Source: an uncultured Actinomycetes bacterium
Lineage (GTDB): Bacteria > Actinomycetota > Thermoleophilia > UBA2241
NCBI GenBank assembly: GCA_963725665.1
Contig: CAVRZA010000011.1
Span: forward strand, 384,001-448,000
Direction of reading: 5' to 3'
DNA: 64,000 nucleotides
Shown here: one piece after another, positions 28,643 through 37,095 of the stretch
Position numbering within the stretch: the stretch's first letter is position 1
How the letters are laid out: the number at the start of each line of letters is the position of its first letter
Translations under genes and position numbers: made by a program
The notes under the pieces: generated by a model
The model's input: only the letters and a program-made list of their open reading frames with translations
The model's database searches: none
What the model was told of the DNA's origin: nothing

Positions 28643-30028
28643 TTGCGCCGATTCTGGTCGCGCTGGTACGGCAAACTCGTCGTGATCGGCCTTGTGGCCG
28701 TCATCGTGCTGGTGGTCGCTGCGTTCGCCGCCGCACAGTACACCGAGGACGATGGCTTCTGCGGCACCGCCTGTCACGAGATGAACCCGTATTTCGCCAC
28801 GTGGCAGCAGTCGCAGCACAGCGACGTCAACTGTGTGCGCTGTCACATCCAGCCTGGGACGATCCAGCTCATCAAGGCGAAGACGTCGGCCCTACGCGAG
28901 GTCTGGGTCCACTTCACCGGCCAGGTCAAGGCGCCCATCGCCGTGACGAGGCACATTCCGAACTCGACCTGCCTCTCCTGTCACGCGCCCGGCAAGGGCG
29001 TCGACCCGATCAAGCTCCCCGGCGTCTCCACGGTCGCCTTCTCCCATCGCGCGCACGCCGCGGTGAGCAACTGCATCGACTGCCATTCGCAGGTCGTGCA
29101 CCGCTCGGTGCCGGGCAAGCCCTTCGTCGACCCGAAGACCATGGCGTTCTGCCTGCGCTGCCACGACGACAAGCAGGCGAAAGGGACCTGCGAGCTCTGC
29201 CACACCGCCCCGCACGCCGCCCGTGGGCGCTGCATCGACTGCCATCAGCTCGGCTCGTGGAAGTCGACGTTCAAGCATCCGGTAGCGCTCGGCAAGCCGC
29301 ACCGCGCCTTGATCTGCGAGAAGTGCCACACGCAGGCGCAAGGCACGACGATGGGCTTCCCGGCGGGCTGCGTGAGCTGTCACGGCAACCATCATCACGA
29401 CGCCAAGGCGACGCTCTGCGCCAAGTGCCACGTGCCGAGCTACTTCGTGCCCTCGACGTTCAAGCATCCCAAGACCGGCTGTCAGCGCTGCCACACCTCG
29501 CCTCACCCCGACCGCGGGGCGTGCCTGCGCTGTCACACGCAGCACTCGTGGGCGTCACACTTCCAGCACCCGTTCCCGCTGGCGGGACCCCACTCCTCCT
29601 TCGCCTGCGAGCGCTGCCACACCAACGGCATCAACGCGCCGGGCCGCGACTGCACCGGCTGCCACAAGCCGCCGCATCCCGTCTACGGTTCGTGTCTCAC
29701 CTGCCACAGCATGTCGTCGTGGGCCTCTCACTTCGCGCACCCGATAGCCCTCGGGGCCCACTCATCGTTCGCCTGCTCGCGCTGCCACGTGAACGGCATC
29801 AACTCGGCGCCCATCGGCTGTTCGAGCTGCCACGGCTCGAAGCACGGCGGCCTGACCAATTGCGTCCAGTGTCACACCATGTCGTACTTCGTCCCCTCGA
29901 CGTTCCACCACCCGGCGGCCGGAGAGCACAGCGCCGGATCGTTCGCCTGCACGGCGTGTCACCCCGGCGGCAACTTCGGGCGCGTCTACTGCTCCTGCCA
30001 CGGAGGCAAGCCGCCTTCAGGGGACTGA
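28643..30028 (+). CDS. Membrane-anchored multiheme cytochrome c, NapC/NirT-like head, ~20 heme motifs
   Basis: N-terminal TM helix; 18 CxxCH plus CGTACH and terminal CSCH. Confidence 0.92.
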   Translation: MRRFWSRWYGKLVVIGLVAVIVLVVAAFAAAQYTEDDGFCGTACHEMNPYFATWQQSQHSDVNCVRCHIQPGTIQLIKAKTSALREVWVHFTGQVKAPIAVTRHIPNSTCLSCHAPGKGVDPIKLPGVSTVAFSHRAHAAVSNCIDCHSQVVHRSVPGKPFVDPKTMAFCLRCHDDKQAKGTCELCHTAPHAARGRCIDCHQLGSWKSTFKHPVALGKPHRALICEKCHTQAQGTTMGFPAGCVSCHGNHHHDAKATLCAKCHVPSYFVPSTFKHPKTGCQRCHTSPHPDRGACLRCHTQHSWASHFQHPFPLAGPHSSFACERCHTNGINAPGRDCTGCHKPPHPVYGSCLTCHSMSSWASHFAHPIALGAHSSFACSRCHVNGINSAPIGCSSCHGSKHGGLTNCVQCHTMSYFVPSTFHHPAAGEHSAGSFACTACHPGGNFGRVYCSCHGGKPPSGD

Positions 30029-30195
30029 CCGTGTTCATGAGGCCGTCGTTGCGCGGGTGACGGCGCTCGTGCCGCGGTTCCCAAGCGCCCCGGGCCTGGG
30101 CTAGACTCCATCGGCGGTCGCCACAAACGCAAAGCGGGTGACGCAGGACGCCCCTGCGTCGGGGCCGCTCGCGGCAGCCGCCGAAAGGAGCTCAG

Positions 30196-31155
30196 GTGGC
30201 AAGGAGGGGCAGGGGGTTCTGGGGGACCAGGCGGAGCAAGCTGCTCATGGGTGCCCTGATCGTCGTCGCGGTCCTCATCGGCAGTTCGTTCGTCGCCGCC
30301 AGGTTCACCGAGAGCAACAGGTTCTGCGGCACAGACTGTCACGAGATGTGGCCCTACCGCGACACGTGGCGAGCCTCCACACATCACACCGTCGACTGCG
30401 TCCAGTGCCACATCCCGCCCGGGCCGGTCAACTTCGCGCTCACCAAGCTCTACGCGTCGCGCGAGCTCTGGGTGCATTTCACGGGGCAGGTCAAGGCGCC
30501 CATCCTGGTCACGCGCCACATCCCGAACTCGGCGTGCGAGCGGTCGGGCTGTCACACGAGCAGTCAGATCGCGCCGCCGGTGAAGTTGGGCACAGCCGCG
30601 CCCGTGACGTTCAAGCACGGCAGCGCCGGGCACGCCAAGAGCAAGTGCGTCGACTGCCACGCCGCGGTCGTCCACGCGGGCGCGCCCGGCGTCGTGAACG
30701 TGCCGCCCAACTCGATGGGCTCCTGCTTCAAGTGTCACACCGACGGGCCGAAGAACTGCGCCTACTGCCACCAGCCGCCGCACGCCGACCGGGGTCCCTG
30801 CCAGAACTGCCACAGTCTCGGCGCGTGGACCGGCGGCAAGAACTTCGCGCATCCGCAGCCTCTCGTCGGCACCCACGCCCAGATCGCCTGCGAGCAGTGC
30901 CACACCAAGGGCGTCTCGGTGCCTCCCGATGGCTGCATCAACTGTCACGGCGACCAGCACAACGGCCTCAAGAACTGCATCCAGTGCCACGTGCTCAAGG
31001 GGTGGATCCCGAGCACGTTCAACCACCCACAGGAGGGGCCGCACGTGCCGGCGGGAGAGGAGCCGCTGCAGTGCGGCGCCTGTCACCAGCAGGGCTTCGG
31101 CCAGCCGGCCGGCTGCCCCTGCCACGGCGGCAACCCGCCGACGGGGGGCGGATGA
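30196..31155 (+). CDS. Paralogous membrane-anchored multiheme cytochrome c, ~12 heme motifs
   Basis: TM helix; 9 CxxCH plus CGTDCH, CERSGCH and CPCH; shares WVHFTGQVKAPIxVTRHIPNS with the upstream paralog; AAAGGAG RBS. Confidence 0.92.
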   Translation: MARRGRGFWGTRRSKLLMGALIVVAVLIGSSFVAARFTESNRFCGTDCHEMWPYRDTWRASTHHTVDCVQCHIPPGPVNFALTKLYASRELWVHFTGQVKAPILVTRHIPNSACERSGCHTSSQIAPPVKLGTAAPVTFKHGSAGHAKSKCVDCHAAVVHAGAPGVVNVPPNSMGSCFKCHTDGPKNCAYCHQPPHADRGPCQNCHSLGAWTGGKNFAHPQPLVGTHAQIACEQCHTKGVSVPPDGCINCHGDQHNGLKNCIQCHVLKGWIPSTFNHPQEGPHVPAGEEPLQCGACHQQGFGQPAGCPCHGGNPPTGGG

Positions 31156-31187
31156 TCGTCGTCGTCCTGCCTTGACGGTCGCTGTGC

Positions 31188-31227
31188 GGGGGTGGGGGCG
31201 CCGCGTTGGCGCGGCGCCCCCACCCCC
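31188..31227. terminator. Hairpin after the second cytochrome
   Basis: Perfect 18-bp inverted repeat, 4-nt loop. Confidence 0.7.
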
Positions 31228-31245
31228 ACGGATATACTCGTGCTC

Positions 31246-31932
31246 GTGCACCGGCTCGCCCTCTTCGACATCGACTGCACGCTGATCGACGCCCATGGCG
31301 CCGGCGGGCGTGCCATCTTGGGCGCCATCGCGGAGACCTACGGAGTGAGCGGGTCCCTCGAGGGTTACACGTTCCACGGACGGACCGATCCCGGCATCGT
31401 CGCCGATCTGGCCACGCGCTGGGGTGCGTCGGCAGACGCGGTGCGGGCGGGCCTCGATGCGTGCCTGGCGGCTTACATCCGTCTGCTCGAGGACGAGATG
31501 ACAGCGGGTACGATCGAGGTCCTGGCGGGTGTGCGGGAGCTCGTCACGGCGCTCGTTGAGGATGAGCGCGTGCTCCTGGGGCTGCTCACCGGCAACATAC
31601 AGGCCGGCGCGGCGCTCAAGCTGGCGCCGACCGGCCTCGCGGGCCTCTTCGCGGTCGGGGCCTACGGATCCGATTCCCCCGACCGGCCCGAGCTCCCGGC
31701 CTTCGCCGTCGAACGGGCCCGAGCGCTCACGGGACACCGCTATCGGGGCAAGGAGATCGTCATCATCGGCGACACGCCGTCGGACATCCTGTGCGGCGTC
31801 GACCATGAGGTCAAAGCCATCGGCGTGGCCACCGGGCGGCACAGCGTCGCCGAGCTCGAGGCTCACCATCCGGACTTCGTCTTCCGCGACCTCAGCGACT
31901 GGCGCGCTGTCTACGCGGCGATCCTCACCTGA
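31246..31932 (+). CDS. HAD-family hydrolase (phosphoglycolate phosphatase-like)
   Basis: LFDIDCTL, LLTGN, IIGDTPSDI; TATACT 7 nt before GTG suggests a leaderless start. Confidence 0.85.
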   Translation: MHRLALFDIDCTLIDAHGAGGRAILGAIAETYGVSGSLEGYTFHGRTDPGIVADLATRWGASADAVRAGLDACLAAYIRLLEDEMTAGTIEVLAGVRELVTALVEDERVLLGLLTGNIQAGAALKLAPTGLAGLFAVGAYGSDSPDRPELPAFAVERARALTGHRYRGKEIVIIGDTPSDILCGVDHEVKAIGVATGRHSVAELEAHHPDFVFRDLSDWRAVYAAILT

Positions 31933-32081
31933 GCGGCAGGCGGCCGCCGAGCTGATCCTCGCCGGAGGTGGGCGCCCGCCCACGGTAGCCGAGGCGGAAG
32001 CGGGGTGAGCGTCGCCGCCGGCCTCGGTGGGAACCCTGCGACTACAGGTATACCATTGGACTCCATCCCCAGGGAGGCGAC

Positions 32082-34355
32082 GTGGAAAGCCCGGATGGGT
32101 CTCATACGCGGGTGGGTGAGCAGCAGCCGGCCGCCGGCGCCGAAACGGTGGTCGCGCCGTCCCCCGACGCCGACGCCCAGCCGGAGATGGAGACAGTCCC
32201 GAGCGCGGAGGCCGCCAGCGCGGTCGGCGACGAAGCGGGCGAACGAGCCGGCGCCGACCTGCGCGACCCCGCGCTCTTCCTCAACCGGGAGCTGAGTCTC
32301 CTCAAGTTCCAGGCGCGCGTCCTCGACGAAGCGCGCGACCGGCGTAACCCGCTTCTCGAGCGTCTCAAGTTCCTCGGCATAGTGGGCTCCAACCTGGGCG
32401 AGTTCTTCATGGTCCGCATCGCCGGTCTCAAGCAGCAGGTGCGCGCCGGCGTGACCGAGCCCTCCGGCGATGGCCGGACGCCGGCCGAGACCTTGGCGGA
32501 GGCCCGTGAGGGAGCATTCGAGCTCATGAGGCAGGCTCGGGAGGTGTACGCCGATTTGCTGCCTCAGCTCAGCGACGCCGGCATCCACATCGTCGACTAC
32601 GATCGGCTCGACGACGCAGCGCGGCAGGCGGCCGACGAGTACTTCAAAACCGTCGTCTTCCCCGTGCTCACGCCGCTGGCCTTTGATCCCGGCCGTCCCT
32701 TCCCGCATATCTCGAACCTCAGCCTGAGCCTCGCCATCCTGCTGCGCAGTCCCGAGGGTGAGGAGCTGTTCGCTCGGGTCAAGATCCCCAAGGCGCTGCC
32801 CCGGCTCGTCCCTCTCTGCCCGCCGGGAGCGGGGCAGGCGTGCGACTTCTCAGCGCCCGAGCTGCACCTGCTCTGGCTCGAGCAGCTCGTGGCCGCTCAC
32901 CTCGACACGCTCTTCCCGGGCATGGAGATCATCACCGCCCATCCCTTCAGGATCACGCGCGACGCCGAGATGCAGATCCAGGAACTGGAGGCCGACGACC
33001 TGCTGGAGACTATCGAGGAGGGCGTGCGCCGGCGGCGGTTCGGCTCGGTCGTGCGTGTCAGCGTCGACACGACGATGCCCGAGCGGCTGAAGGGGATCCT
33101 CGTGGAGAACCTCCGCTTCGATCCCCGCGACATGATCACCCTCGAGCCGCCGCTGGGGATGAGCGGCTTCTGGGACATCTACGGCCAGATCGATCGGCCG
33201 GACCTCAAGGACCCGGCGTTCGTGCCGGCGCTCCCGGCCGCGCTGCGGGAGGAGGAAGAGCGCGACATCTTCTCCCTGATCCGGGAGCGCGACATGCTGG
33301 TCCACCATCCCTACGACTCGTTCCAGCCGGTCGTCAACTTCTTCCAGCAGGCCGCGCGTGACCCGGACGTCCTGGCCATCAAGACGACCCTGTATCGCGT
33401 CGGGCGCCGTTCGCCCGTGGTGCAGGCGCTCCTTGAGGCCGCCGCCAACGGCAAGGAGGTGGCCGTCCTGCTCGAGCTCAAGGCGCGCTTCGACGAGGAG
33501 AGTAACATCGAGTGGGCAAGGGCCCTCGAGGCCGAAGGCGTGCATGTGGTCTACGGCCTGTTGGGGCTCAAGACGCACTCGAAGATCGCCCTCGTGGTGC
33601 GCCGAGAGGGCGCGGGGATCCGGCGCTACCTCCACCTCGCCACGGGCAACTACAACGCCGTCACGGCGCAGCAGTACACTGACCTGGGGATGTTCACCTG
33701 CGACCTCGAGATGGGGGCCGACGGCTCCCAGGTCTTCAACTACCTGACCGGCTACGGATCGAGTGGCCAGTACCGCAAGTTCCTGGTCGCGCCGGTGAAC
33801 CTGCGCCGCGACTTCGAGACGCTGGTGCGGCGCGAGATCGAGCACCAGAAGGCGGGTCGCGGGGGACACCTGATCTTCAAGATGAACGCCCTCGTCGACC
33901 GGCCGATGATCCGCCTGCTCTACGAGGCGTCGCGGGCCGGTGTGCAGGTCGATCTGCTCGTGCGCGGCATCTGCTGCCTGCGACCGGGCGTACCGGGCGT
34001 GAGCGACAACATCCGCGAGATCAGCATCTTGGGCCGCTTCCTCGAGCACAGCCGCATCTACTACTTCCGCAACGGCGGCGACCCGACGATCCTGCTGGGC
34101 AGCGCCGACCTCATGCCGCGTAACCTCAACCGGCGTGTAGAGATCCTTTTCCCCGTTCAGGACGCGGGCATCAAGGCTCGTCTGCGCGAGGAGATCCTGG
34201 CCACGTACCTAGCGGACACGGGCAAAGCGCGCCTCATGTTCCCCGACGGGACCTACCAGCGGGTGATGCCCGCCGAGGGCGGCGAGCCCCTCGAGAGCCA
34301 GACGGCGCTCATCGCCGTGGCGGCGGCGCCACCCGAGGCGCCCACAGTCAGCTGA
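32082..34355 (+). CDS. ppk1: Polyphosphate kinase 1
   Basis: NRELSLLKFQARVL, PFPHISN, HHPYDSF, LKARFDEESN, KTHSK, GRFLEHSR, GSADLMPRNL. Confidence 0.96.
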   Translation: MESPDGSHTRVGEQQPAAGAETVVAPSPDADAQPEMETVPSAEAASAVGDEAGERAGADLRDPALFLNRELSLLKFQARVLDEARDRRNPLLERLKFLGIVGSNLGEFFMVRIAGLKQQVRAGVTEPSGDGRTPAETLAEAREGAFELMRQAREVYADLLPQLSDAGIHIVDYDRLDDAARQAADEYFKTVVFPVLTPLAFDPGRPFPHISNLSLSLAILLRSPEGEELFARVKIPKALPRLVPLCPPGAGQACDFSAPELHLLWLEQLVAAHLDTLFPGMEIITAHPFRITRDAEMQIQELEADDLLETIEEGVRRRRFGSVVRVSVDTTMPERLKGILVENLRFDPRDMITLEPPLGMSGFWDIYGQIDRPDLKDPAFVPALPAALREEEERDIFSLIRERDMLVHHPYDSFQPVVNFFQQAARDPDVLAIKTTLYRVGRRSPVVQALLEAAANGKEVAVLLELKARFDEESNIEWARALEAEGVHVVYGLLGLKTHSKIALVVRREGAGIRRYLHLATGNYNAVTAQQYTDLGMFTCDLEMGADGSQVFNYLTGYGSSGQYRKFLVAPVNLRRDFETLVRREIEHQKAGRGGHLIFKMNALVDRPMIRLLYEASRAGVQVDLLVRGICCLRPGVPGVSDNIREISILGRFLEHSRIYYFRNGGDPTILLGSADLMPRNLNRRVEILFPVQDAGIKARLREEILATYLADTGKARLMFPDGTYQRVMPAEGGEPLESQTALIAVAAAPPEAPTVS

Positions 34356-34370
34356 CCACGAGGGGGAGGA

Positions 34371-34877
34371 GTGCGCCTACTCTTTCTACGCCACGGCCAG
34401 GCCGAGCCGCGCGAGACGTGGACCGGGGCCGATGAGGGCCGTCCCTTGACGGCCGAGGGACGGTTGGCGATGGCGCGCGAGGCCACCACGATCGCGCGCC
34501 TCGGGCTTGCTCCTGACGCGATCCTCACGAGTCCCTTGATCAGGGCTCACGAGACGGCACAGATCGTCGCTGAGGGCCTCGGCATGGCGGATCGCCTGCG
34601 CCGCGATGTGCGCCTGGCGCCGGGCTTCGGCCCGGCGCAGATGGAAGCGATCCTCGACGAGCACCGGGAGGCGAGAACACTCATGCTGGTCGGTCATGAG
34701 CCCGACTTCAGCCTGATCATCGGTAGCCTCGTGGGAGGGGCGGCGGTGGTGTGCAAGAAGGGTGGCCTCGCGCGTGTCGACGTCGATCCCGAGTCTGGCG
34801 CGGCCGAGCTGGTCTGGCTCCTGCCGCCGAAGGTGCTGACCGTCTCGACGAGCAAGGGGGCGAGTGTTGGAGATTGA
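34371..34877 (+). CDS. sixA: Phosphohistidine phosphatase
   Basis: LRHGQA, RPLT, SPLIRA.ETA, VGHEP. Confidence 0.9.
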   Translation: MRLLFLRHGQAEPRETWTGADEGRPLTAEGRLAMAREATTIARLGLAPDAILTSPLIRAHETAQIVAEGLGMADRLRRDVRLAPGFGPAQMEAILDEHREARTLMLVGHEPDFSLIIGSLVGGAAVVCKKGGLARVDVDPESGAAELVWLLPPKVLTVSTSKGASVGD

Positions 34878-37071
34878 GGCCAAGTTCCGCGTGCCCGATG
34901 ACGAGACGTTCGAGCGGCTCGAAGAGACGGTCGAGCTGGGCAGCTTCGCGGTGAGCCCCGGGCGCCTCGTCGACCTCGACGACCGTTACCTCGACACGGA
35001 TGACTACCGTGTGCTCTCGGCGGGCTACTTCTGCCGCCGCCGCGAGTCGCAGGACGGCATCGTGATGACCTTCAAAGGCTTGAGCGACGGTGACGGCGCG
35101 GTGCACCGGCGTGAGGAGGTCAGCGTCGAGCTCGAAGTCGACGGGCCGCCTCCGAGCTGGCCCGACGGGCCGGCACGCGAGCTGGCTCTGCGGCTGGCGG
35201 GGGACCGGCCGCTCGAGACGCTCTTCGGGCTGCGTCAGCAGCGTCTCGAGCGGGCGGTCGCCCGCGGTGGCCGCACGGTGGCCGAGCTAGCCCTCGACAG
35301 AGTGACGATCGACACGCAAAGAGGGAGCCGGAGCTTCCTCGAGTCCGAGATCGAGCTGCGCCCTGGGGGTACGGAGCGCGACCTCGACGAGCTCATCGCG
35401 GTCGTGCGGGCGCGCTGGGGTCTCGAACCTGTCGCCCAGTCGAAGTTCGCCCGCGGCCTGGCGCTGGCAACGGGCGTGCCTTTGGATCGCACGGAGGATT
35501 GGCAGCGCGAGCTGCGGCGCCTGCGTGTGCAGCGGTGGGTGCGGCGGACGCGTTACGAGACGGGCGCGAGTACCGGGTACGTGACCGGTCCCGCGGCATC
35601 TGAGGGCAGTGGGGGACCGGCCAGCCGCCCGGCACCGCAGGAGCCCGAGTCGCACCTGGTCGAGTCCGCCGAGCGCGGCGAGCAACGCGCCGTGCCGCAG
35701 GTGTCCGTGTTGGCTGCGGTGGATCGGAGAGGCGCCGGTGGGGCCGAGAGCGAAACGTCTGAGGCCGAGGAACCGGAGGCGGCAGTTGCAGAGCCCGAGG
35801 AACCGCAGCCGGAAGCACCCGAGCCGGAAACGCCCGAGCCGACGACACCAGGGGCCGAGGAACCGGAGGCGGAGGTCGTAGAGTCCGAGGAACCGGAGGC
35901 GGAAGTCGCAGAGCCCGAGGAACCGGAGGCAGCGGAACCGGAGGCGCGTGAGCCCGAAGAGGCCGTAACGGAGGCGGAGGCGGAGGAACCGGAAGTCGCT
36001 GAAGCCGAAGCCGCCGCGGCTGGAGAGCCTGAGGAGGCCGAACACAAAGATGCCGCCCTCGAGGGCGACGCCGCGGAGGCGAAGAAGAAGGAGCGCGCGC
36101 GGCCGGGCATCGTGTCCGACGACACGATGGACGAGGCCGCGCGCAAGACGCTCCTCTTCCACTACGAGCGCATGCTGAAGCACGAGCCGGGCACCCGCGA
36201 GGGGGATGACGCCGAAGAGCTGCACGACATGCGTGTCGCCACGCGTCGCATGAGGGCGGCGCTGCGCGTCTTCGACGGCTATGTCGATCGCGCCACGATC
36301 AAGCCCTACCTCAAGGCGCTGCGGCGCACCGGCCGCACCCTGGGGACGGTGCGTGACCTCGACGTCTTCTACGAGAAGACGCAGCGCTACCTGCAGAGCT
36401 TGCCCGAGGGACACCAAGACGATCTCGAACCCCTGCTCGTCGCCTGGCGCGCGCGGCGCGACGAGGCGCGCGCCGTGATGATCGACTACCTCGACTCGGC
36501 GGCGTTCGCGCGCTTCACGCGCCGCTTCGGCGAGTTCCTCGACAGGCCCGGCGCCGGCGCCGTGGCGCCGTTCACCGCCGACGGCGGGCCGCTGCCGCGG
36601 CACGTTCGCGACGCGCTGCCGGTCGTTCTCTTCGAACGCCTGGCAGCCGTGCGGGCTTTCGACGAGTGGGTCGGTGGGCAGGACGTGCCGCTGACGCGCT
36701 ATCATCGCCTGCGCATCGCCTCGAAGGGGCTGCGCTACACGCTGGAGTTCTTCGAAGAGGTCCTCGGGGCCGGCGCCAATCCGCTGATCGAGCACGTGAA
36801 GACGCTGCAGGATCACTTGGGCGATCTACAGGATGCCGTGGTCGGCTGCGGCGTCGCCGGCGCCTTCCTCACCTGGGGCACCTGGCAGGCGCCGGGGGCC
36901 AAGTGCCGGGGGCCCGCTCACCCCGTGCTCAACGCTCCCGGGGTAGCGACCTACCTGGCGCATCGCCAGCAGGAGATCGCCACCCTGATCGAGACCTTCC
37001 CGCCCGTGTGGGAGAGGGTGGGTGGGCCGGAGTTCGCCCGCGGCGTCGCGGGACTGGTGGCCGGCCTGTAG
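34864..37071 (+). CDS. CYTH + CHAD domain protein with a long acidic linker
   Basis: EIEAKF, DRYLDT, ESEIEL (CYTH); LHDMRVATRRMRAAL, RDLDV, HRLRIASKGLRY, LQDHLGDLQD (CHAD). Confidence 0.9.
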   Translation: MLEIEAKFRVPDDETFERLEETVELGSFAVSPGRLVDLDDRYLDTDDYRVLSAGYFCRRRESQDGIVMTFKGLSDGDGAVHRREEVSVELEVDGPPPSWPDGPARELALRLAGDRPLETLFGLRQQRLERAVARGGRTVAELALDRVTIDTQRGSRSFLESEIELRPGGTERDLDELIAVVRARWGLEPVAQSKFARGLALATGVPLDRTEDWQRELRRLRVQRWVRRTRYETGASTGYVTGPAASEGSGGPASRPAPQEPESHLVESAERGEQRAVPQVSVLAAVDRRGAGGAESETSEAEEPEAAVAEPEEPQPEAPEPETPEPTTPGAEEPEAEVVESEEPEAEVAEPEEPEAAEPEAREPEEAVTEAEAEEPEVAEAEAAAAGEPEEAEHKDAALEGDAAEAKKKERARPGIVSDDTMDEAARKTLLFHYERMLKHEPGTREGDDAEELHDMRVATRRMRAALRVFDGYVDRATIKPYLKALRRTGRTLGTVRDLDVFYEKTQRYLQSLPEGHQDDLEPLLVAWRARRDEARAVMIDYLDSAAFARFTRRFGEFLDRPGAGAVAPFTADGGPLPRHVRDALPVVLFERLAAVRAFDEWVGGQDVPLTRYHRLRIASKGLRYTLEFFEEVLGAGANPLIEHVKTLQDHLGDLQDAVVGCGVAGAFLTWGTWQAPGAKCRGPAHPVLNAPGVATYLAHRQQEIATLIETFPPVWERVGGPEFARGVAGLVAGL
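35761..36042 (+). repeat. Imperfect coding tandem repeats (GAGGAACCGGAGGC core; EEPEA, ~30-bp period)
   Basis: Repeated xEEPEAEVxE units in the CYTH-CHAD linker. Confidence 0.8.
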
Positions 37072-37095
37072 GCCAGCCGCACCCCCGCTGGCCCG

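Noticed and set aside
30100-30195. ACGCAAAGC upstream of the second cytochrome, suggesting a c-di-GMP-I riboswitch
   Set aside because: The GGCAAAC/GAAA-tetraloop P2 stem and the receptor are missing
35761-36042. Periodic repeats as a CRISPR array
   Set aside because: In-frame degenerate coding repeats, no unique spacers and no cas genes
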